A DNA stretch of 25,338 nt from the IMG/VR virus record IMGVR_UViG_3300009661_000072, positions 1 to 25,338 of that record, one strand, 5' to 3'. The stretch is from a virus. Lineage: Duplodnaviria; Caudoviricetes. The number at the start of each line of letters is the position of its first letter. Position 1 is the stretch's first letter. The notes under the pieces are model-generated. The model ran no database searches and was not told the origin of the DNA. It was given only the letters and a program-made list of their open reading frames with translations. This document shows, in pieces, positions 1-8,450 of the stretch. The position numbers were made by a program, and so were the translations under genes.

Positions 1-2088
1 TCATTTTCGTCCCTTCTTACCAGCTTGCTCCTCTAAGAATTTTTGCATATTTTCTATGCTGCCAAATCTTTGTAACATTGCTTCAAGGTCATTTAAGTCC
101 TTAGCAGAAATTAGCTCGACATGTTTAATATCATGGTCTATTTGTTGTGCTTCTTTTTCAGTTGGATAGTGGAACCTGATGTGGGGAACATTACTTAATG
201 CTGCCTCGACTTCATATTTTAGCTGTTTAGTGTGAGCTCCAATTCCACTAATATATAACCAACCCTTAGTTCGTGTCATTGCCGTAAATAAGAGGTTCCT
301 GTTTCGTATATTCAAATTGTGACATAGGAAATCAGTACCCATGATATATACAGAGTAAGCCTCATTACCTTTTGCTTTATGGATAGTACTTAAAGTCACT
401 CGGCCTTTCACTTTAAAATCATGGATAGATATTTTTTCGGCGTGAACGTTATTGGTAAATATCCCTCTTGATGTAAGAATTCTGGTTAATTTATTGAAGT
501 ATGGCCCGCAATGATAATCATCAGCACAAATAACTAAAATATCCTCGGGAAGAAGTCCCTCTCCCCGTATATCATTTTCAATTGCTGCGGCTACTCTTCC
601 AAGTTCATCATCAAGGTCTTTACATTCAAAGTTATAATTAAACAAATCTCTAGTATCGTCGTTAGAAAATGTCGGTGAGTTCTTTGTTTCTCTCATCACA
701 TCAACAAGCTCTGACTCTTCAAACTCTCCATCTTCTCTCGACAATACAGTGTAGCCAAGATCCTTCCAATACCTAACCGTTTCAATTTTTTGTACTTGCT
801 TTCCATATACGCCTAATCCCAATGCGTGAGCGCTTACAAGGATCGCTAAAGGCGTTCTATAACAAACTTCCAGGAACTTATCTTTTTTGAATTCAGTTCC
901 ATCGTCGAATATTTCGTTAGCAGTCGGACTTCTTTTTTGGAAAATATTTTGGAAAATATCAGCACCAAAGCAAACTTGTTTATTACGAGCCAGTTTGGTA
1001 CACAATCTCATGAAGTAAATTCCATAGTCTTGTGCTTCGTCTACAAAAACGAAATCGTATAAAGGTTTTACATCAACACTTTCAAGTAGTTTTTTGCAGG
1101 CAAACTCGAATGGATCCATTCCACCTCTAATTGACGATTGCGCTGCAGGAAATGTAAGAAAATCATGGCCGAAAGCTTTACATGCCTCATAATAGACTCC
1201 AGCATTAGACCTTCCTCCCCATGAATGCATGACAGTCACTCTATCTAGATTTGTAGAGTCATCATGAAATTCCCTATAAAATCTTTGAATGAGCCTTATA
1301 ACATGTTGATAGAGGCTCTTGGTACTAAAAGTATAAAGTATTGTAGCCCTTTTAGTTTCATCACGAAGTAATGTCTGTGCTACTTTCATTGCTAGTATTA
1401 CAGTCTTACCAGAGCCTGCAAGGCCTCTAATTCGCTGCGGAGCGTTTAAAGCGGGGATATATCCTTCTTGTTGGTCTTTATCAAACATTAAAATTTTAGA
1501 CTCAACTTCAGTAATCTTAGCACCCTTAGAGTTAGGTGGAAGATTTTCTACATTCCTATCCTCTGGTTTTAAAAGTCCTTTGGCCCCTTGTATTGTAGAT
1601 ATTGCTTCATAAAAAAGACTTTCTGCAAAATCTTTCCTAAATGATTCGACTACACTGACTAACTCACGGGTATTAGTAATTAAGTTGTTTCTTAAATTAT
1701 CCGTATTTATAGAATCGCTATCAATTGATGGTGCATATAATAATGATCCTACAGGTAAAGCGAATGACATCATACCGCTTCTTAATCGATCATTTTTAAT
1801 TAATCGGGAGGCAACAAATCCAGCCACTCGCTCTAAACTTTTGTCATCTTTTTTTAATGCATCAATATTATATTCAGTTGCTGCGGATGAATAAAAAACA
1901 ATCACTCCATATTGTGGACTTACTAGAAGCATTTGCGATATTACGAGATTGTCGTCATCCCCCTTATACATAGGGAAATCAAAAAATAACTCGGCATCTG
2001 TCAGTGACAAGGAAGATTGTTGTAGGGTTCTTAAGAGATTATTCACTTCTCTGTTATGTATCTCAAAACCTTGTGGGTTTATGTTCAT
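1..2088 (-). CDS. Superfamily 1 (UvrD-like) helicase with degenerate NERD-like N-terminal domain; candidate anti-phage cargo
   Basis: Walker A GLAGSGKT, Walker B FVDEAQD, motif IV CYRTP, motif V STIHKAKGNE, motif VI LLFTAMTRTK. N-terminal SQMLLVSPQYGVIVF resembles the NERD core strands. AT-rich, directly beyond cos. Confidence 0.85.
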   Translation of the reverse strand: MNINPQGFEIHNREVNNLLRTLQQSSLSLTDAELFFDFPMYKGDDDNLVISQMLLVSPQYGVIVFYSSAATEYNIDALKKDDKSLERVAGFVASRLIKNDRLRSGMMSFALPVGSLLYAPSIDSDSINTDNLRNNLITNTRELVSVVESFRKDFAESLFYEAISTIQGAKGLLKPEDRNVENLPPNSKGAKITEVESKILMFDKDQQEGYIPALNAPQRIRGLAGSGKTVILAMKVAQTLLRDETKRATILYTFSTKSLYQHVIRLIQRFYREFHDDSTNLDRVTVMHSWGGRSNAGVYYEACKAFGHDFLTFPAAQSSIRGGMDPFEFACKKLLESVDVKPLYDFVFVDEAQDYGIYFMRLCTKLARNKQVCFGADIFQNIFQKRSPTANEIFDDGTEFKKDKFLEVCYRTPLAILVSAHALGLGVYGKQVQKIETVRYWKDLGYTVLSREDGEFEESELVDVMRETKNSPTFSNDDTRDLFNYNFECKDLDDELGRVAAAIENDIRGEGLLPEDILVICADDYHCGPYFNKLTRILTSRGIFTNNVHAEKISIHDFKVKGRVTLSTIHKAKGNEAYSVYIMGTDFLCHNLNIRNRNLLFTAMTRTKGWLYISGIGAHTKQLKYEVEAALSNVPHIRFHYPTEKEAQQIDHDIKHVELISAKDLNDLEAMLQRFGSIENMQKFLEEQAGKKGRK

Positions 2089-2231
2089 AATGTTCCCAAG
2101 TTAATTTTTATTTTGATACAAATTACTCTAAATTGTCCTCTCCTTCAATAATGGAAGTCGTTATTCACCTGCACATACTATTAGCTTGCTAATCTAGACA
2201 TGGCAAACCTATAATTTTGTGCCCGCGCGCA

Positions 2232-2250
2232 ATGCTATCCCCGCCACGCC
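2232..2250 (-). other. P2/186/P4-type cos site (19-nt cohesive end)
   Basis: Minus strand reads AAAGCGGGCA-GGCGTGGCGGGGATAGCAT-TGCGCGC. This is one mismatch from the phage 186 cohesive end as I recall it (GGCGTGGCGGGGAAAGCAT), with the P2-family flanks AAAGCGGGCA and TGCGCGC. Confidence 0.9.
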
Positions 2251-2467
2251 TGCCCGCTTTATATGTCGGTTTTAATGCAGTTGCCTGTGGCCTCTCAGCC
2301 CGTGTCAGTACTGGTAGAGATGGCAGTGAAAAATAGGGGTAATCGAATGCAAACCCATGCAGCAAGAATGCATGCTTAATATTACTCATTTTCGGAATTA
2401 ATGCACGTTTTCGGAGAGGGTTTTATAGCTTTGGCAGGGGAGTGAAAAAGATGGGGATATTGAGAAT

Positions 2468-2507
2468 AAAAAGCGTATCTCAGAGGCTAGATAGCACTGA
2501 GATACGC
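2468..2507 (-). terminator. Rho-independent terminator after sid
   Basis: 11-bp perfect stem GCGTATCTCAG (2473-2483) / CTGAGATACGC (2497-2507), followed by TTTTT on the minus strand, just past the sid stop. Confidence 0.75.
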
Positions 2508-2520
2508 CGTTACTATGACT

Positions 2521-3264
2521 CTAGCCGCGCGGCATACCAAGCTGCTCTTGTTTCCGCTTGATCATGGCGTTCGCCATAGTTCGGCCACCGACGGTGGTCA
2601 TTTTCGGATTCAGGAATTTCACCTCGGGACGACTAAGCCCAATCTGCTTTAATACCGGCTCTTTCTGCATATCAAAGGCATAGCCTGACATGGCGGTTTT
2701 CAGGTGGGTGATGACCTCCTGACAAAGCGTATCCACGGGGTTTATCTCGTAAGCGGTGAGTCGTCCGTCTAGGGTGACAAATGACTGCTCAATCACTAAC
2801 GCCCGCTGTTTCATGACCATGGCGCGGATAAGCGGCGCTAATTCCGCAGATAGTGCCTGTGTGAGTTCCTGACTGGCGTACGCCATGAGTGCGCCGCCGT
2901 GGCTCTTTAACAGCGCTTCACCGGACGCTGAGCATACGATTTCCTGACGATCTTTATCAATGTCCAGCGAGAGCAGTAGCTCACCCAGCTCACGCGCCAT
3001 TTCCTGCTCGGCCAAGCGCTGTAAATGCTGCTGCTTAATCTCAGGGCTGACCTGACCGCGCAGTTTACGGAATGTTTCGCGCCACTGATTTCCTGCCTGT
3101 TCGCTCTGGGTTTCAGCGTCTTGCTTTTGCTGCTGGCAGCGGAGAATATCGCCGGTGATTTCCTCCATTTTCACTACGTCAGCCTGCTGTGCCTGTAGTG
3201 CGTTCTGAAAATGATTAATCGCGTCTTCAACGGCGGTAGTGGTCTGTCGAGTCTGTTCTTTCAT
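2521..3264 (-). CDS. sid: Sid-like capsid size determination protein
   Basis: 247 aa, helical. WRETFRKLRGQVSPEIKQQH and EPVLKQIGLS align with P4 Sid WRTAFRAAGGVLSDELKQRH and EPVLRLTGLS as recalled. Similar length, and next to cos. Confidence 0.8.
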   Translation of the reverse strand: MKEQTRQTTTAVEDAINHFQNALQAQQADVVKMEEITGDILRCQQQKQDAETQSEQAGNQWRETFRKLRGQVSPEIKQQHLQRLAEQEMARELGELLLSLDIDKDRQEIVCSASGEALLKSHGGALMAYASQELTQALSAELAPLIRAMVMKQRALVIEQSFVTLDGRLTAYEINPVDTLCQEVITHLKTAMSGYAFDMQKEPVLKQIGLSRPEVKFLNPKMTTVGGRTMANAMIKRKQEQLGMPRG

Positions 3265-3300
3265 TGTGACCTCGGTGCAGGGAGTGATTTGATGTCAATT

Positions 3301-3360
3301 ATTATGTGTTGTACCAGTCACCGGCACTATTGAGGCGGGACGTGCGAGGAATAGCAGAAC
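3301..3360 (-). promoter_or_regulatory. Putative P2-late-type (Ogr/Delta-dependent) promoter of sid
   Basis: Minus strand GTTCTGCT...CCCGCCTCAATAG...CATAAT: a -10 element (3301-3306), no sigma70 -35, and an upstream element near -55 resembling P2 late promoters (comparison from memory). Confidence 0.4.
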
Positions 3361-3440
3361 GGCGGCGGCTCTCATTAATTTTTCAGCGGTGTAACCTATG
3401 CCTGTCGATTGAGTAAATTAACTGAGTGGGGGAATAAATT

Positions 3441-3653
3441 GTGATCACACTGAAACTGGGAAATGAGAAAACAGTACTTAATCAGCGCGACGCGGTGCGG
3501 CTGATTGAGGGAATGATGCTGGCGATAAAAGACCCCGCAGGAATGGAAAGTACCTCGTTACACCTTGGGGACATTACGCTGACAGCGAATGTGACAAAGG
3601 CAGGGGAAGCGAAAACATTCTCAACGGAAAACCCGCTACTGACTGATTGCTAA
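3441..3653 (+). CDS. Hypothetical protein, divergent from sid
   Basis: 70-aa ORF with GTG start and purine-rich GGGGGA upstream; fills the gap between sid and the origin. Confidence 0.55.
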   Translation: MITLKLGNEKTVLNQRDAVRLIEGMMLAIKDPAGMESTSLHLGDITLTANVTKAGEAKTFSTENPLLTDC

Positions 3654-3740
3654 GTTTTTTATGGGAAAACGTGCCGTTCAAAAAGCGCCTGCCAGAAAAG
3701 AACCTTTCAGATTTTTAATACTCTTCTGTGTTTTTCAGCG

Positions 3741-3955
3741 CGTACATGTAGTACAACCGCGTACAGGCATGATTTTAAAAGAGAAAAACTGTACTACATG
3801 CCGGTATTGCACTGCGTACATGTAGTACAGGAAAAGGCTTTATACTTGCAAATCAACGCTGTACTACATGTACTACATGCCAGCCTTGATGTAGTACAGA
3901 AAAATCCCTTTAAATATCAATGCTTGTACGCGCTGTACGACATGTACTACATGTA
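3741..3955. repeat. Iteron cluster, probable satellite replication origin
   Basis: Eight copies of TGTACTACAT(G) in both orientations (3745, 3790, 3819, 3860, 3869, 3889, 3934 with one mismatch, 3943), immediately downstream of the primase-helicase stop. Confidence 0.8.
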
Positions 3956-3988
3956 TTAATAATAAAATACGATACGTGAGGCGCTGCC

Positions 3989-6661
3989 TTAACCGATAAC
4001 CTCTTGGTTAAGCACGTAAACGAATTTAGGCCCTATTTCTGGCAGGCGGATTTGTTTTTGTATCCGGTTTTCGCTGGTCTCGGTAATCCAGCCGTTATCA
4101 CGGCACAGCAGGGCGGTTTTCTTCTGGTCTGACGTACCGCAAATCTCCTTCCAGCCGCTCGGCAACACGTAAAACGTGGTCACCGCGTTGCTGACGTTAT
4201 TTCCCTTCACCACGCGACGATAGCCCACCATATTTGCCGGCCGGTTCTTGTCATCATCCCAGTCTGCAAAACGGGTGAACTGGTTGGCCGTGATGAAGCG
4301 CCGTATGCGCTCCAGCGCGTCCGCTTCTTCCTGATTGGCAGAATGCCCACGGTCTTTCAGCCACGCATCGAGACAGGCTCTGGCGGCGCGTAATGCATCA
4401 CCGGTTGGCCAGCCCGTAATACCGGCTACCGATGCCAGCTCTCCCGCCACGGCCAGTAAGGCGAAGCGGTCAACGATGCGGCCGACCTGTTTACCGGAAT
4501 CCGCAGGAAGCAGGGCGCGCTCGTACTCTTTTTTCAGCGTTTTAGCGCGGTGCGTTACGTCCTGAAGGTTGGCGGCCAGATAGCGGATCCAGTCGCGAAA
4601 CGGCGCGCCGTGATACTGCTTGCTGGCCTGTTCAAGATGCTCGGCAAAGTCTTTACCGCTGTCGAAGCCGTGCAGGGTTTCAAACGCGCCGTGTACGCCG
4701 GTATCGCTGGGGATTTGCACCATGCGAACGCCGACGCCTGCGCCGGTGCGTTTCTCTCCGGCCTCGGCGGCGTGCTCCATGATGGAAACCTCGCCGGTAG
4801 ACATGTAAAGCATCGCCCACGTCACCGGATCGCGCACGCTGCCATCGACACGGCTACGGGCTTTCCCCTGACCGTTGCCCAGCATGTAGGCAATGCGGCT
4901 GGCCTCTTTGCCGTCCACCTCGCTTATCTCATCGAGCATTAGGGCGGCATCATTGCGCCGCAGGGCGATACCCTCCAGCGCGTTACCGGTGGCCCGCCAC
5001 GTTTTCCAGAAATCAGGACTGCCGCACAGCGACGCGGCCACCTTCATGGTGGTGGTTTTCCCGTCGGTAGATTCGCCCTTGAGGTGATAACCGCCGCCGC
5101 CCACGCCGATAAGGTGGAGCAGGGGAGCGGCCAGCGCCAGACTGACGCAGAAGGTCAGTCGTGAATTATTGATGCAGTAGCGTCCAATCTGTTCGACCCA
5201 CTCCGCCGTGCTGCCCGCTATTCTGAAATCATTCTTTGACGAGTAGGCCGACTGTAAAATCACGGATTCAGCACCGCTGCCTATCACCTCATCCTGCAAG
5301 ACGTACACCGAGCCGTGCCAGCCGGTTTTATTCACGCAGGTGACTTTGCGCACGGGGCGGCAGGTGGAGATATATTCCATTAGATAACCCCTCGCCGAGC
5401 CGTTGACGCTGATGAAGTGCAGGCCATTTTCTAAAAGGACTTCCCTCAGCTCCTGACCGCTACCGGCGAGCACCGTCATCGGCATGGCCCACTGGTGATT
5501 AATGCCGTTCGAATCTTCCCACTCCAGCAGGCGGCCAAACTTCCCGCCGTCCGCGTCGCAGCTAATGGCCGTCACCCGCAGCGGGCTACAAATTTTGATT
5601 TGCCTGACCTGACCGCTGTCACCGTCGTCATTTACCGGCTTGTCGAACCACAGAAAATCCTTTGTCAGACGAAAACCATGGGGCAGGCGGGTTTCAGTGT
5701 CGTTAGGGTTCACCATTTCATCGCTAAAGGCGTCACGGGCGCGCTGGACGCCAAATTCACGGCGGAAATCATCCCAGTCCGCTTTAAATTGTCCTGACGG
5801 GATAGTGACCCAGCCGTTAACCGCCTGCGCCGCCTGAAACGCTTTCTCTCGGCCCGGATTATCTTTCCCGTCGGCAAAGTCGTTATCACCGGCGATAACC
5901 AGACGGGCATCCGGCCATTTTTCCCGCAAGACCTTGGCGACGTTAAGCAGGTTATTGGCCGATACTGCCGCCACGCACCAGCCGTCGCTCAGGCCGGAAA
6001 CGGTCACGGCCGTGGCGAAGCCCTCGGTGATGATGACGCGCTCGGGGTATTCGTCCGGTACGGGCGTGACGGCCAGAAATGCCCCCGCCATTTTAGAGCC
6101 GGAGAGCAGGCATTTATCTCCCATAGGGCTAATAAGCTGCGCGCCGGTGGTCTGGTTATCCAGCGTGAGCAGAGGCAACAGTAACGAGCCCTCTGGAAAG
6201 GTCATACCGGCCATTGAGACGGGCTTTGCCGTCAGCGGATATTGATGACCGATAAGCCCCTTATTTTTCAGATACAGGCTTTCACCAAGCGAGGACTGAC
6301 CGGCTAATGACCGGTAGGTTTTCTCAAGCTGCACCCGCTTTTGGGCGTCCGAGGCTTCTTTTCTGGCAGGCGCTTTTTTGGCAGGAACGGTGCCAAGAAC
6401 CTGAGTGATTTCAGCAACAGCATCAGATTTACTTTGCCCTGAGATGAGGCATATTAAATCTAGACCATCACCATTCCCGCATTGGTTACAAAACCACGTG
6501 CCGCGCCCATCTTTATCGTCAAAGCGAAAGCGATCTTTGCCACCACATTTTGGGCATATCCCATGTTTGTTGTTTTCAGGAACATTTATACCCATTGATG
6601 GGAGGATAAACGGCCAATTTCCGCAGGCATTTTTTAATATATCGGAGACGTGCATATTCAT
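3989..6661 (-). CDS. Primase-helicase replication protein (P4-alpha-type Zn finger, TOPRIM, DUF927-type helicase)
   Basis: CPKCGGKDRFRFDD...WFCNQC Zn finger; TOPRIM ITEGFATA and AGDND; DWDD; helicase part with GESTDGKTT, LMLDEI, GNGQGKAR, STGE. Confidence 0.92.
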   Translation of the reverse strand: MNMHVSDILKNACGNWPFILPSMGINVPENNKHGICPKCGGKDRFRFDDKDGRGTWFCNQCGNGDGLDLICLISGQSKSDAVAEITQVLGTVPAKKAPARKEASDAQKRVQLEKTYRSLAGQSSLGESLYLKNKGLIGHQYPLTAKPVSMAGMTFPEGSLLLPLLTLDNQTTGAQLISPMGDKCLLSGSKMAGAFLAVTPVPDEYPERVIITEGFATAVTVSGLSDGWCVAAVSANNLLNVAKVLREKWPDARLVIAGDNDFADGKDNPGREKAFQAAQAVNGWVTIPSGQFKADWDDFRREFGVQRARDAFSDEMVNPNDTETRLPHGFRLTKDFLWFDKPVNDDGDSGQVRQIKICSPLRVTAISCDADGGKFGRLLEWEDSNGINHQWAMPMTVLAGSGQELREVLLENGLHFISVNGSARGYLMEYISTCRPVRKVTCVNKTGWHGSVYVLQDEVIGSGAESVILQSAYSSKNDFRIAGSTAEWVEQIGRYCINNSRLTFCVSLALAAPLLHLIGVGGGGYHLKGESTDGKTTTMKVAASLCGSPDFWKTWRATGNALEGIALRRNDAALMLDEISEVDGKEASRIAYMLGNGQGKARSRVDGSVRDPVTWAMLYMSTGEVSIMEHAAEAGEKRTGAGVGVRMVQIPSDTGVHGAFETLHGFDSGKDFAEHLEQASKQYHGAPFRDWIRYLAANLQDVTHRAKTLKKEYERALLPADSGKQVGRIVDRFALLAVAGELASVAGITGWPTGDALRAARACLDAWLKDRGHSANQEEADALERIRRFITANQFTRFADWDDDKNRPANMVGYRRVVKGNNVSNAVTTFYVLPSGWKEICGTSDQKKTALLCRDNGWITETSENRIQKQIRLPEIGPKFVYVLNQEVIG

Positions 6662-6752
6662 AAATCTATACCTTAGAGGTGTAAGCAGCCCTATGCTTTC
6701 GCATATAGGTAATAGTCATTTTGAATTAAGACTATAAGTGCTTAATTGCTCG

Positions 6753-7739
6753 TTAAATCGTGATTGAATTTAATGGGTTAAATGCAATAGCATCCTGTAA
6801 GTATCGTGGTGAAAAATGCGCGTAAGTCATTGTTTGCTGTATGTTTGCATGTCCTAATACTCTTTGAAGAGTAATTATGTTGCCACCATTCATCATGAAA
6901 TGAGTCGCGAAAGTATGACGTAGCACATGAGCTGCTTGTCCCTTAGGTAAATCAGGTTTTAGCTTTCGCAATGTTGTGCGTACGGTATTGTAATTAGGCT
7001 TAAAAAGTTGCCCATTAGTTTTGTTTTTAATTATGGCGACTAACTCATCTGATATTGGGACAGATCTGCGCTTACCGTTTTTAGTTTTCATGAATGTGAC
7101 GACATTATTAATAATATGCTCGGCTTTTAAATTAGATATTTCACTCCAGCGACCACCAGTAGCAAGGCATAACTTTGTAACTTTGAGGTTATCACCCGTC
7201 AGGTTTAGCAACAGTGCTTTGATTTCTTCTGCTGATAAAAAGGCCATTTCTGTTGTCCCTTCTTTGAGTTTTTTAATATTCTTAAAAGGGTGATCATTGT
7301 AAAACTCTCCAGCATTAATCAGTTTGGTAAACATCCCGCTTAAAATAGCCTGATGCCGATTAACACTTGAAGGTTTAAGCCCTACGTCGAGCATTTTTAT
7401 TCGGTAGTCTATGATGGCTTTTTGAGTGAGTTGATCAGCCCTAACCACACCTATGTTAGATAGATGGTTCAAAATACTACAAAGGCGACCTCTCTCAATA
7501 TCTCCTCTAACATGATGCTTCCCATGATAAACCCACCATGTATTTAGAAGTTCGGTCAGCCGCCGTCTATCAGCAGGCTTTTCTAACCAGTCTTTACTTT
7601 GATATCTAACAATAATGTGTCGCTCAAAGATCTGTGCTTCACCTTTGGTATTAAACTGGCGGCGAATTCTTTTTCCATCGCTACCTTGAGGTCTAATGTC
7701 GACAAGGTATAAGCCATCGAAACGTTTTTTAATTGACAT
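6753..7739 (-). CDS. int: P2-type tyrosine integrase (second integrase of the satellite)
   Basis: N-terminus MSIKKRFDGLYLVDIRPQGSDGKRIRRQF closely resembles P2 Int (MAIKKLDDGRYEVDIRPTGRNGKRIRRKF as recalled). Catalytic set intact: TGGRWSE, KTK, HVLRH, LGH, TMTYAHF. Start placed at ATG 7739 behind AAGGTG. Confidence 0.92.
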   Translation of the reverse strand: MSIKKRFDGLYLVDIRPQGSDGKRIRRQFNTKGEAQIFERHIIVRYQSKDWLEKPADRRRLTELLNTWWVYHGKHHVRGDIERGRLCSILNHLSNIGVVRADQLTQKAIIDYRIKMLDVGLKPSSVNRHQAILSGMFTKLINAGEFYNDHPFKNIKKLKEGTTEMAFLSAEEIKALLLNLTGDNLKVTKLCLATGGRWSEISNLKAEHIINNVVTFMKTKNGKRRSVPISDELVAIIKNKTNGQLFKPNYNTVRTTLRKLKPDLPKGQAAHVLRHTFATHFMMNGGNIITLQRVLGHANIQQTMTYAHFSPRYLQDAIAFNPLNSITI

Positions 7740-7782
7740 AAAGTACACCTTTTAATATGCGGTTTTCTTTGCGCTAAGAGCG

Positions 7783-8055
7783 TTAGTAACTTCCACACAT
7801 TCCTTTTTCTTTTAACTCATCGAGTACAAAACACAGATCCTCATCCAAATAGCTGAGGAGGTGCGGGAGATAGAATGGAGTAAGTCCATCGATCTCTTTC
7901 TTTCTTAAATCAGCCCCTAAGAAATATGCTAATTCCTGAGAGCGATTAAGTTTCCGATAAGCTTCTAGGCTAAGTGTACTTTGGGCTTGTGTATCTTCAT
8001 TGATAGATTTTGAAGCATGACTTACAGCGTTTTCAGAATTAGTCGGCCTATGCAT
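7783..8055 (-). CDS. Probable derepression protein (P4 epsilon-like)
   Basis: 90 aa, overlapping the icd-like stop, at the position of P4 epsilon. Pattern KLNRSQELA...YLPHLLSYLDEDL resembles small proteins following icd/ash in P4-like elements. Confidence 0.55.
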   Translation of the reverse strand: MHRPTNSENAVSHASKSINEDTQAQSTLSLEAYRKLNRSQELAYFLGADLRKKEIDGLTPFYLPHLLSYLDEDLCFVLDELKEKGMCGSY

Positions 8056-8251
8056 GACGGCCCCCGTTTACAGGAAGGCGGCCAGCAAAGAAAAGGATAA
8101 ACTGTTGCGCTAATAACTTGCGCGCTTCGTGTTCAGAGCTAGCAGTCACAGCTTTGCGGTGCGGACGGTCTGATGTGTCAGAACGGCTGACAGCAAGAAA
8201 TAACCAATAATAGATAGCGGGTGAGTGTGTGGTACTATTCTTAACAGTCAT
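8048..8251 (-). CDS. Icd-like host cell division inhibitor
   Basis: 67 aa from ATG 8251: WLFLAVSRSD...ASSEHEARKLL..FILFFAGRLPV, the Icd-like family pattern. Confidence 0.8.
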   Translation of the reverse strand: MTVKNSTTHSPAIYYWLFLAVSRSDTSDRPHRKAVTASSEHEARKLLAQQFILFFAGRLPVNGGRHA

Positions 8252-8279
8252 AGCGTAAATCTCGATTACGTTTTGATAA

Positions 8280-8316
8280 GACGCCTCGATAGTGGTTGCA
8301 AGCACTTCGGGGCGTC
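8280..8316 (-). promoter_or_regulatory. Leader hairpin upstream of the icd-like gene
   Basis: GACGCCCCGAAGTG-CTTGCAAC-CACTATCGAGGCGTC forms about 13 bp with one mismatch and one bulge, between the promoter and the start codon. Confidence 0.55.
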
Positions 8317-8339
8317 GTTCGTTGTAGTATCTGGAATCG

Positions 8340-8423
8340 ATACTGTGCGCACAGTATGTTTGCTTGTGTGCGCACATGTCAACTCTTACATTCTCTCTTT
8401 TTTTGTTGTATCGTGTGCGCACA
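8340..8423. promoter_or_regulatory. Three palindromic operators overlapping a leftward sigma70 promoter
   Basis: TGTGCGCACA at 8344-8353 (inside an 18-bp perfect palindrome, 8340-8357), 8367-8376 and 8414-8423. Minus-strand TTGACA (8382-8377), 18 bp, CATACT (8358-8353). Confidence 0.75.
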
Positions 8424-8450
8424 TGAGTGTGACTATTTTGGGGTGTATAC

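Noticed and set aside
2189-2389. 66-aa ORF
   Set aside because: It runs across the cos site and its conserved flank, with no protein-like features.
3741-3955. Repeat cluster as a CRISPR array
   Set aside because: Repeats are 10-11 bp, in both orientations, irregularly spaced, with no cas genes; position fits an iteron origin.
4335-6737. Several plus-strand and alternate-frame ORFs
   Set aside because: Shadow ORFs of the GC-rich primase-helicase gene.
6753-7739. Internal integrase as the remnant of an inserted P2 prophage
   Set aside because: No P2 C, cox or other P2 genes flank it, no att repeats follow it, and it is intact and co-oriented within the operon; a captured gene fits better.
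8343-8354. SOS box at CTGTGCGCACAG
   Set aside because: CTGT and ACAG are separated by 4 bp, not the required 8.
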